A DNA stretch of 64,000 nt, from assembly GCA_048013815.1 (NCBI GenBank), contig CM106585.1, positions 8,246,001 to 8,310,000 of the forward strand, read 5' to 3'. The position numbers were made by a program, and so were the translations under genes. This DNA comes from Setoptus koraiensis (Eukaryota > Animalia > Arthropoda). The notes beneath the pieces were generated by a model that ran no database searches, was not told where the DNA came from, and saw nothing but the letters and a program-made list of their open reading frames with translations. Below are positions 12,285-23,207 of the stretch, piece after piece; position 1 is the first letter of the stretch; every line of letters starts with the position of its first letter.

Positions 12285-13787
12285 AACACAATTACCATGT
12301 CCTATGGTGAACAGAGACCAGATTAGCATATGGAACATTCTAAAGAATTGCATCGGAAAGGATTTGTCTAGGATAACAATGCCCGTTGTTTTCAACGAAC
12401 CGTTGACTATGCTGCAAAGAGCCTGTGAAAGTATCCAATTCTCGAGGTATATACAGTTGGCTGATCAGAGCGATGATCCTATTGAACGAATGGAGTATAT
12501 TTGCGCATTCATCATTGCCGGTCTCTCGGCAAATTGCGAACGTATAATCAAGCCATTCAATCCGCTACTTTATGAAACCTACGAGATTGAGTATGAGCTC
12601 GATCAAGAGGCCAAGGTTCGTGCCATGGCTCAGCAAGTTTCCCATCATCCGCCTATTAGTGCCGCCTACAGTGAATCTGATCATTTTGTTTATTGTGGCA
12701 GCATCAATCCGAAAATTAAATTCTGGGGCAGATCCGTTGATGTGCAACCCGATGGTCAGTGTAGTATTATACTCAAGCGACATAATGAGAGATATACATT
12801 CAAGTCTGTGTCATGTACAGTCCACAATATTATAGTTGGAAAATTGTGGTTCGAACATCATGGTCCTCTAGAGGTTATCAATCATACAAACGACGTTCGT
12901 GCTCAGTTTGATTTCAAGCGTGCCGGATGGTTTGGTAAGGATCTGCATAGATTTGATGGATTCATAAGTACATGTGGCAAAAACAATAACAAAACCAAAA
13001 TTAATGAAACAAACAACAGCAAAGGGACAAGAGTGCGTTTCATTTACGGAAAATGGAGCGATTATATTAAATCAGTGGACGTAGCCGATTACGAAAGGTA
13101 CATGCAAGAGAATCCAAACAAACTATTCCGAATACCAGATAGGCCAAAAGAGGAGATGTCATTAATGAGCACGACTAATTTATTGTCGAAATTTAAATCA
13201 ACTAGCATAGGATCAACACAAGCAACAAATTCCAATCAACAAGACTTTTCGTGTAACAGTGACAACTATCCATCAACAGAATCTGACACTGGCCTACCCA
13301 AAGGTGAATCCATGGAGTCATTAGATATACCCAACTCAAGAATATTATGGCGACGCAGTTCAGATTATCATAGGGACTATTACAATTTTACAGACTTTAC
13401 CATGATACTCAACGAGCTTTCAGATAATATTGCATCTACGCTGCCTCGTTCAGACTCAAGATTTAGGCCGGATGTTCGAAGTTTTGAAGAGGGCGACTTG
13501 GATCAAGCAGGTAAGTGTGCACAGTAGTAATGATTTTTGGTCTGATTAATGCAAGATCCAGTCTAACCCATAAATTTCATCTTTATTTTGTAGCGAACGA
13601 AAAGCATAGACTGGAAGAGAAACAGAGAGAGGCCAGAAAGAAGGTAAAGAAAGGTACCGAGCCTCATGAAGAGTTGTTATGGTTTGAATCAGTAGTTGAT
13701 CCAGATACAAAAGAAAAAGTTTGGACTTATAAGGGTGGATATTGGGAGAGCAAAAACGACCCATCTAAATTTGCAAATATTTTCTAA
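12285..13787 (+). CDS. OSBPL1A: ORP1L-type protein, exons 2-3 (12285..13510, 13594..13787): OSBP-related ligand-binding domain (ORD)
   Basis: ISIWNILKNCIGKDLSRITMPVVFNEPLTMLQR, KPFNPLL.ETYE, QVSHHPP, GKLWFEHHG, SDSRFRPDVR and EKHRLEEKQR. The acceptor CAG at 12282-12284 matches the phase-2 donor; intron 13511..13593 is GTAAGT..TAG. Confidence 0.93.
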
Positions 13788-14829
13788 TATGATGATAATG
13801 CGAATCATATCGTTGCAAAGTTAAAATTACCTCAAGAAAAGGATGATTCTCCTAATGATCAGTAGTATATTCCTTTATTGCAATAGACAATCTTGGTGTA
13901 TTCTCAGATGTCAGATTGAAACAATCGTCAGTCAGTCATTAATAGGGAAAACAGAATGGAACAATAACAATCAAAAATGTGTATAATAAATTTAAAATTA
14001 TATAAAAGAAAAAAATTATTACATAACGAAGGATATGGACGGATCGGCCAAAGTTAGTTATTGTAGGTAGTAGTATAGTGCCAAAAGTTGTTATCCATGT
14101 GAGATCATGATCAATAAAAACTAACAAAATTGATTAGTTCCAAGTGAATTGAAATATTTCCAAATAATTGACCTATATATTTTGTGTCTATTTCGCAACT
14201 CTTTTATTCTAACACTTATCTAAAAGTTTGTAACATAGCTCATAATAATTCATGGTGACTTTCTCTAGTTGGCTCTAGTTGGCCAATTGTTATTTATGAC
14301 ACAGACAGCCCCAGGTTCTTCTTTCTCTATAGTCGATAATAATAACTAGTTCGTTAAAATTTAAATAGTATTAAAATTACAAAGTTTAGTTTGGATGAAC
14401 TCTTATATAATATAATGTGATACAACATGTATAATAATAGTAGAAGGTAGTAGAATCGATGATGTGTGACATAGCTGTGACATCGTGGAAGGGTGGTTGA
14501 CGTGTCTATTTTATAATTAATTAGGTAACAAATACAAGATAAACTGAACTGTGTTCACTGTTGATTACATAACCTGTTTGTCGTTGTTCAGTTTAGTCTG
14601 GCGACACGACACCCTCTCAAGTCGGTGTGTACCTGGCCGGTGTCAAAACCCGTATGTACACTGTGATGATGATTTATCAGAGGAGCAAGTTATGGGACTA
14701 ACTCCAATGACAACAACTGGAACTATGAGCAGAATGATGGCTGTTCAATTTGATCTTTGAATCATTATAATTAGTAGTCATTTGTCAATTAGTTGAAGTA
14801 TAACACGAAGTAGCGATTTCAATTCACAC

Positions 14830-15714
14830 TCAGGAATGTATTGTAATGACTTCACGGCCACTTCCCTGAACTAGCAGCACACGCTCTAAACCATCGGTGA
14901 GTACCTCAATGAATTCCATATCTGATCATTCATCGGATTTGTGACATTCATTGGTTTCATCGGATCGGTCGGATTTTCAGTTGGATATTCAGTTTATAAT
15001 GAGGGAGACATGAGTAGGTATGGGAGAGAAAGGTAAATAGTGAGTCAATCTTTAAATTTTGAATTTAAATTTTGTCACAAGTTACGAGTGCTAGCGCCAC
15101 TACTTACAGTTACTTTCGGCGCCCCTGGCAAGCGTCTTAGGTGCCCCTGGCATGTTGAGTATGACTAGTTTGGCTGCGCGACTCTTACTTAAGATGACCT
15201 CATTCAATCTAATGGCCGTGTGCATTCTTCTGACATTGGCCTCGTCGGGTTTCAGATTGAGTAAGTTGGCGCCAAGTTGATTAGATGCCGACGAGTTTGT
15301 TGCGACAGGTGGCACCGCCGATGATGACGCCGCTTGTGATTGGTTAGCCGTATTAGATCGATTTGTTGCGGACGACGACGATTGTTGTTCTTGGTTTGTT
15401 GCATTACTCTTTGTTGTTGCTTTATTAGTGTCTGTGGTTGTTTCTTTTAATGAAGAATCGTCCTCATTGAATTTATATCCTACCATCGGATAGGCGCTCG
15501 TCGCGGGCTGATGCGACGATGAATCGTCCGAATAAATGGTGTCCTCGTATTCGCTTGCCGATGGCTTTCTAATGGTGAATCTAATAACACGGCCATCCAC
15601 TTGTTCCAACAGAACAGATTGTTTTCTATTTTGATTGAGTCGTTTAATGATTTCGCTACGCTGCTCCATCATGAGAGTGCGCTCGTAAGCATAATCGGAT
15701 ATTTCCGAGTCGCC
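14830..15714 (-). CDS. kcc: K-Cl cotransporter (KCC, SLC12A4-7 type), last two exons: complement(15108..15714) and complement(14830..14921)
   Basis: [49 protein letters not shown], and terminal N|[30 protein letters not shown]. Intron 14922..15107 is GTAAGT..CAG (phase 1). Confidence 0.95.
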
Positions 15715-17859
15715 CTGATGACAGTGGTGAGATTGATTGATATATTGTGAATAGTGATAATCGGTTAGATTATATGTCAGATAGCATTATATTCTATGTT
15801 GGCTAAATGGGCACATCAAGTATGATGAGAGACGAACAAAAGAGAGACAGAGGCACCTCGTCACAAACAGCTGACCATGGTTAGATGGGTCACTTGACAA
15901 CTTATGAGGCCACTCATGAGAGCAGCCACTTATGGTGGTTGCTTGCAACAGTTATAACAGTCATAACAGTTATAACAGTGCCATACACAATAGTGTTATA
16001 ATTAGATCAGCTGACAACTGATGTAATGATAGCTCAGGTTGTTGATTACAATTGTTGTTGTTGTTGTGTCAATCATGGACACTCACGAGATGTAGCCAAG
16101 TGACAGTTTTTAAGTGTTAGTTTATATGACGTGTATTTATCAAGTGTTTTTGAGATCTTTCATCAAGTGTGTATGATGTAACGCATTATTAATTATAATG
16201 TTTACTCTACACTAGATATGCGAGTAGTTGGTTGGCTGCGTAGTGCGGTGTTCGGACAAAATGGAGTTAGTATAATTATAATTGACTTTGTCCAACTGAT
16301 TATGATGGACAATTGCGAGATTTATGGCCACTTGTGACAGAATCTGCGAACATTTCAATGGAGAGGGGCCCCATTTGCAGCAGAGGCCGCCGTTAGAGGA
16401 CAAGCAAAATTGGGGACAAATTATGGCGCAAACAATAATAGTTTTAGTGGAAAAAACATACACAAGTTGTTGTTGTTTGCAGGATTTAACACTGCACTGC
16501 AACAACAACAGCAACAACAACAGCAACAACAACAGCAACAACAGCAACAACAGCAACAACAACAACAACAGCTACATAGTTACACAGTTAACGAGTGTAT
16601 TTCTATATCACTACTCGACAGTGGCAAGTGATATAGAAATAAAATAAATAAATAAACTCATTTCTTTTTGCCCGTCAGTGTGCACTGTACACATTGTTAT
16701 CAAGCTTGCACTACAGTGGCTGTTTGTTGTTGTTCAATAATCAACTAAATGGCTGGCTGACCACGCGCTGGTCGCCAACAACAACCGAGCACAATTGTTG
16801 GCCTCATTTCATGTTACTAGTGGACACAAATGATGAACTGGCCCTTACTTGTCAGACTATATGTAACAGTGTACTTATGTAATACATAATGGTGCGTGTA
16901 TGGCCACTACTGTGTCCAAAAGTGTGTAAAACTAGCTGCTCACTGTCACTGTTATTTTGTCTAGTCAGTTGTTTGCCAGTCAGTCAGCCAGCCAGCCAGC
17001 CAGTACAAAATAATAATAATAATTTTCCATTATGTGCCTCCTGCTGACCGGAAGCCTGCGGAGCAAGGAGCGACGAGTGCACCGGAAATGATGATGTCTC
17101 TCTGGATGGTGCAGTGGTCAATCATTGGCGATCTTGCTGATGCCCTAACATGGTTGGCTCGCCAATGACAAGCTGCGTGAAGCGAGTGATTTTCGATCAC
17201 TCAACAACGGTTGCTCAACAACGGTTGCTCAACAATGTTGGTCATCGTGATTGATCAGCGAGGCCGTATATATATATATATTTTCATAGCATTGCATCAG
17301 CGTTGGCTTGCTCAGGGGTCAAGTGCACACGACAAACTAACCGGCTCGAAACGCGGCTCGAAACGCAGCTCGAAATGAGAGTTGATTGGCTAACAAGCTG
17401 ATTAATTCAGCGCGCCGATAATTATTATCAATTGTCAATGCACCATCAATTATTGGCATCAACTTTGTATCGCGATGTGGCAACAGAGAATTGATAATAA
17501 TTGTGGGCACTTTTGTACCCATACAAAATGAAGTGACCATTAATACAGACAGACACAGCAGTGATACAGTGCAATGATATAGGCAAGCTAGCCAAGAAAA
17601 GTGGCCAGCTTGTAAGAGTTTGTATAGTCGGCCAAGTTACTTTGTCGGCGGCTAGTGCTGGCGTTTTGCATTTTGCAACTTGGCCTGCTTTGGGTGCTAT
17701 TGTTGATTAATTATGTGTGTAACAATTATTGATGCTTCAACTGTTCAACTACAATATACAATATATAAAGACTAAAAAATAGTAAGCCAAGGCTAGCAGT
17801 AACTGGCTAGCTATTAACTATTAGAGCATGCAAAAACTAACTGAAAACTTGTCTATCTC

Positions 17860-17915
17860 ATATCTTGTATCGTCTATCGTATATCTTGTATCGTCTATCG
17901 TATATCTTGTATCGT
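17860..17915. repeat. 21-bp tandem repeat (ATATCTTGTATCGTCTATCGT), about 2.7 copies
   Basis: Read directly. Confidence 0.9.
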
Positions 17916-18827
17916 TCCTCGTCTCTCGTTACTCGTTACTGTTATGTAAGCGCATTATTTTGTCAATGTTGTCGCAGCAACAATGTTGAGATAGTGGCAA
18001 CGCTTGCGAGAGAGAGAGAGATGATATCTGCCCAAAAGATCCCTCAATGTGAGCATTATGTCAGCATTGAGCCGTCTCCTTTAAGTGTCACTTAAGTGCC
18101 TGTCTTAGGTGAGTGTGACAGCAGTTAAAATACAGCAGCCAGTTGAAAGTTTATATTAGAGCAGCAGCGGCAGTTGTCGCAGCGATGCGACGGGCCGGTG
18201 TCGAAAGAGAAAGTTGCACAACAACAACAATGGGCGCTCTCCTTTTCTTATCCAGTCGCTAATAAGCAGCGAATAATCAAAGAAGCCACTCTAAGAAGAA
18301 AAAAGAAGCCCTAAAGCTGCAAAGCTCTAAAAGTGTAAAACTCCGACGGAGTTTGCACGACTCGCTCAAGCGTTAACGTTAAGCTCGCCGATGAGTGAGT
18401 GTCGCCAAGTTTATCTGGCTACTCATTTCAACATGACACCGATGCGACAAGTGCACTGGACTTGTCGAGATGTGAGTGAGATGACGCAAGCCCTCAACGT
18501 CTAACACTGCACCAGTGGCAGTAGTGGCAGCAGCAGCGGCAGCAACCAATTAACTGGCTCATAATGATAATGGCTTGTGATAATATCACCAGCTACTACG
18601 CACAACATAATTAGCTTGCCAGAGGGATTATGCAGCAGACAGTGGTTGGCTGGCCGCTGAATGGAGCAATTGTGCAGCAGTGTGTTGGCACCAGTTTTAA
18701 CCATAATAGATCTATATGCTGCCATTATGTAACTGTCACTGTGACAAGTATACAAATTTAATGGTATTGGCCACTAATTGAGTGAGTGGCTCATCGTTAT
18801 TATTGATTCAGCCTGGCCTGGCCATAT

Positions 18828-18884
18828 CAACATTGAGCATACCAACATTGAGCATACCAACGTTGAGCATACCAACATTGAGCA
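18828..18884. repeat. 15-bp tandem repeat (CAACATTGAGCATAC), about 3.8 copies
   Basis: Read directly; one copy has A>G. Confidence 0.9.
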
Positions 18885-19100
18885 GCATATAGCTACAGGT
18901 AAACAATTATCCGCTATTATACAATCGCTCGAGAGTGGTCGTTGTCGCATCTTTGTTTGTGCGCTCACTGCATGAATGCTCACAAACCGTTACAATCAGT
19001 TGTTACAATGGATATATCGGCTATATCCATTGGTTATGACATACGGCACACAAATACGGTGATATATGGTGATCATATGCATATCTGACAGGCCACCCCC

Positions 19101-19180
19101 AGACACTAGCGATCACTAGACACTGGCGATCACTAGACACTGGCGATCACTAGACACTGGCGATCACTAGACACTGGCGA
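19101..19180. repeat. 17-bp tandem repeat (AGACACTGGCGATCACT), about 4.7 copies, just upstream of the nested gene promoter
   Basis: Read directly. Confidence 0.9.
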
Positions 19181-19271
19181 CGCCCCCGCCAGCCAGCAGC
19201 AGCGCCAGCAGTCAGCTGTGCTGGCAATTAGCGACAACCCAATTCATTTAGCCAATCATCGATTTATACGG

Positions 19272-19316
19272 TATAAAAAAAGCCGGCCCGTCGGACAGCA
19301 ATCACAGTCGTCAGTC
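19272..19316 (+). promoter_or_regulatory. Candidate core promoter (TATA + Inr) of the nested structural-protein gene
   Basis: TATAAAA at 19272-19278 with ATCACAGT/TCAGTC initiator-like motifs about 30-40 bp downstream, roughly 350 bp before ATG 19659. The spacing fits arthropod TATA-Inr promoters. Confidence 0.5.
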
Positions 19317-19658
19317 GGTTGTTGTCGCGTTCAATACACACAGCTCAGTGAGAAACAAACGGCCTACAACAAGCTCATCGACAACAGCGCCATCAACGCA
19401 ACACCGTCAACAACAACACCAACAACAACAACAGCAACCTGAAAACAGTCAACATTCGCCTCACAACGTTCGCCAAGCGCCTCCAAATACAATAATCAGT
19501 AAATAATTAAATATCCGCAGCTCGCACCACAAGCAGCCATGTCCCAGTGTCGACAGTTCAACAAACAGACAAATATGACAGATATGACAGATATGACAGA
19601 TAGGCAATTAAATAAACAGATCGCCATCAGAGTTGTGTCAAACTACAAACCCGTCAAC

Positions 19659-21744
19659 ATGGCCCGTCTTATATCGCTGCTGTCGCTGGCGTGCGCGCTC
19701 ATACTCATACTAAACTGCAACTTTATCCGGGCCGGAGGCAAGGGCAAAGGCGGCGAGGGAAACATAATCATTTCCACCGGCGGCGGCACCAAGTCCACCA
19801 TCAAATTCATGAAGGTAAGCCACTCCGCTCGCTCATTACCTGACCAATCAATCAACCTTGTTAATTAGCTTTAATGAACTTTGTCTCTAATTGATTTTCT
19901 CTCTATCTGCCATCCACACAATTGCTGTCACTTAATTTTCTGTGTCACTCAATTGCCCGCATTCCCGCCGAAAATTTGAAAATTTGAAAATTTGGAAATT
20001 CGAAAATTCGAAAATTCGAAAATTCGCCAACCGAAAATAACAACAACAGATACCCGTACCATACCCCGTGATCAAGCACGTCCCGTACCCGGTGCCAATA
20101 CCCGTGATCCAGAAGAAATACATTCCCGTCGAGAAGTACATACCCGTCTACCCGAAACACCATGAGCACGGCGGTCACTACGGTGGCGGCGGCGGCGGAA
20201 GTGGCTACGAAAGCCAACAGCACGAACAATACAACAGTCCCGGCATGATGGGCTCCCACGAACAGCCGCAACAAATGAGCGCGGCCTCAAATCAACAAAA
20301 TCAAGCCTCGTCAGAGAGCGGCGCTCAGCCAATGTCCGCCTACTCTAACGGTCAAATGGTGATGGCCAGCTCACAGTACGCCAACCCGATGGCCGCGGCA
20401 AGCTACGGCTCGTACGGCGGCTACGGTCAGGCCGAGGGCGGTTACGGGGCCGGATTTGGCTCGTACGGGGCCGGCGGGTACGGTGGCGGCTTCGGCGCCG
20501 GCTCATCCGGATACTCGTCGTACGGCGGTGCCGGCTACGGAGACGGCGGCTACGGTGCAAGCTACGGGGGCGGTTATGGTGGCTACGGGGGCGGCTCAGG
20601 CGGCAGCGGATACGGGTTTGCGGCATCGGCCAATTCGCCGTACGCTAGCGCACTAGAGGCCACCGGCGGCAGCTCAGGCGAGAGCGCCTCACAGTATGCC
20701 CAACAATACCAAGCGGCGGCCGCACAACAGTACCCAGGCTACCACGCCCAGAGTATATCGTCCATTTCCGGTTTGGACTCATCACCGCTGACAAGCGCGG
20801 CCTCTGGTGGCTCCTCCTCGAGCGGGGCCAAGGATTACAGTGGCGAGAGCTCGCATCGGTCGCCGTCGTCGTCGACAGCGCCCACCACTGGCGGCAACAG
20901 AAACGCCGGCGCGTACAGTCAGTATCACTCTTACCTGCCCCATTCTCACTCGTCGTCGGCCTCATCGGCGTCGCTGTCAACAACGCCAACCACGTCATCG
21001 GCCTCGTCATCATCGGCCTCGGGTAAAAGCGGCCGCTCGCTGGCCTCGCCATACGGATCGTCGGCATCGGGATCGCCGGCGTCGGTCTCGTCCAGCTACG
21101 ACAGCTACACCGGAAGCAGCGGCAGCTCAGGTAACTCAGGTAAAAGCAACAACAACGACAATTCCTGGTCAAACAATCGTTTCACCTTTGCTACGCCCAG
21201 CTCAAGCGCAAGCAGCTCAATAGCGACAACGTCGTCTTTGGCGAACCAAGGCGCCAAAATGGGCAAATCGTCGCAGAGCGGCCAACTCCAATCGTCAGCC
21301 GGTGCCTCGTCGTCACCTATCGGCGGTTCCTCAAAATCATCACAGCAACTGGCCAATGGCGAGCTAATGCAAGCAGTGTCATCCATGACAACGGCCTATC
21401 ATCAGAGTCCGTTCAGTGCGGCCGGCGCACAACAACAAATGTTTGTAAACCAACAACCACAACAACAACAAATGTATCAGATGCAGCAGCAGCAGCAGCA
21501 GCAGCAGAATAGCAGGCCGATTGCGCAACAACAAACTACAGTCTTACCACCAATTATCTCATTGATGTCGCCACCAGTGAGCCAACAGCAGCAGCAACAG
21601 CAGCAGCAACAGTCACTACAACAGCAAGCGCCCGCGATAGGAAATCAAATTATTCAACAGATCAGAAAGCTGACGACGCAACTGACCAACAGCACCCAAA
21701 CTGCCCTAAATAACGGAATTGTTGGTGGCTCGCAAAAGCAATAG
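19659..21744 (+). CDS. Nested secreted low-complexity structural (cuticle-like) protein; exons 19659..19814, 20050..21744 (616 aa)
   Basis: Signal-peptide-like MARLISLLSLACALILILNCNFIRA. AAG|GTAAGC donor and CAG| acceptor join in phase 0. The protein then runs IPVPYPVIKHVPYPVP (PV/PYPV), GGY/GYG repeats, a Ser-rich block and a Gln-rich tail over 1.7 kb of open frame. It lies antisense inside the KCC intron. Confidence 0.88.
19970..20026. repeat. 8-bp tandem repeat (GAAAATTT/GAAAATTC), about 7 copies, in the intron of the nested gene
   Basis: Read directly; units grade from ..TTT to ..TTC. Confidence 0.88.
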
Positions 21745-22044
21745 CTCAAAGGTATAATTAACAATAATAACGCGCGCTGGAGAAATGGCAACAGGTCGAT
21801 TTGAGCATCTCAATTATCGATTCGACTTCAGATTGACTCCGGACACACACACACACACACAATCTCTTTAAAATACCTTATACCTATATAAATATAAATA
21901 ACATAATTGGCAGTTGGTTTGGGTTTACTCGATAACAAACGAAGTGGTCTAATTGAGCGGGCGACACACACACACACACACTCTGAGAAGCTGCAAAGTT
22001 TTCATGACACACACACTATTAGGCACTTTCTTTAAATTGGACAA

Positions 22045-22098
22045 TCGACTCAAATCGATTCAAATCGACGCAAATCGACGCAAATCGAGTCAGATCGA
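22045..22098. repeat. Degenerate 10-bp tandem repeat (AAATCGACGC-like), about 5-6 copies
   Basis: atcgactcaa atcgattcaa atcgacgcaa atcgacgcaa atcgagtcag atcgac. Confidence 0.8.
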
Positions 22099-23164
22099 CA
22101 AGACATAGATGACTCTGATTGTAACGTCTGTGTTATGCTTAGCGACACGGATGCCAACGACCGACATCTATTTGCATCCATTGATGAATACACCTGTACT
22201 AATTGTATTGTAAACTACGACTATTCAACAACAACAGTTACGTAACTGCCACTACTACTACTACTATTGCTGCTGCTGATAGTGCTACTGGCACGGTCAC
22301 CACTGCAACTACTATTACTATTACTACTACTACTACTACTACTACTACCATTATCTTACACTGTATGTCTTATGTAAGCCCCATCATATATGACAGTGGT
22401 GACACAGTAACAGTATTAGCAGCAACAATAAAAACAATTTTTCGCTATTAGATAACATGATCGCTATTAGTTGTATACGCTTGTATCGTCAGTGATATTG
22501 GTCGGTTATTTACAGTTATTTACAGTTATGTCAGCGCTTTGTGTTTGTTGGCAGTTGTCACAATTGTCGCCATTGTCACTGTTGCCACTGTTGTCACTGA
22601 TGCTAATTGCTGTTTGCTCACTTTCGTCTGGCAACAATCGTATTGACGACAATGCTGTTAATTACGCAATTGGCTTCGTTTCTTCTGCTGCGCTCACTTG
22701 ATTCCTTTTCTCCTTTGGCTGGTCAACGCGCACGGCGGCTCAAAGTGACAATTAGCAACAGTCGACAACATATATATCTGTATATCGTATATATTGCACA
22801 TAGACACTGACTGCTGCTTATTGGTGCTTGTCGCTGGCGCTGTGTGTTTGTTCATCGAGCCGAATACAAACTTATTATCAGCATTGCGCAATGCTCACTG
22901 GACTCAGTGCTGGGCTGTCTGTTACTGTATTATGTAACTTGCGCAGTCTTACATAGTCACATAATACAGGTATCATGTATCAGACAGGTACGATATGTTG
23001 CAATCAATCAGTCACATCTAACAGGCTAAATATAGTTAGCTACACATGAGGATCCCATCTGTCAATTGACTGTCACACACACACAAACAGACGTAACTAG
23101 TATTGCGCAACAACTATTGCCCAGCTCAATCAACAAAGTCGCCGCTGCAAAGTCAACACTGCCA

Positions 23165-23207
23165 AACACTGTTATCATAACACAGTGTTATCATAACACA
23201 GTGTTAT
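23165..23207. repeat. Tandem array of palindromic 16-bp units (CATAACACAGTGTTAT)
   Basis: Two exact units at 23176-23191 and 23192-23207 plus a partial unit. Each unit contains ATAACAC-A-GTGTTAT, a 7-bp inverted repeat. Confidence 0.85.

Noticed and set aside
16212-16647. ORF-track entries with poly-L/Q/N, and similar poly-V/C/T ORFs across 22-57 kb
   Set aside because: They are translations of (CAA/CAG/GTT/AC)n microsatellites or GC-rich stop-poor DNA, with no family motifs or splice support.
17089-17145. ATGATGA..CTGA box C/D-like pair
   Set aside because: It is short, lacks a convincing terminal stem, and lies on the strand opposite the host KCC intron.
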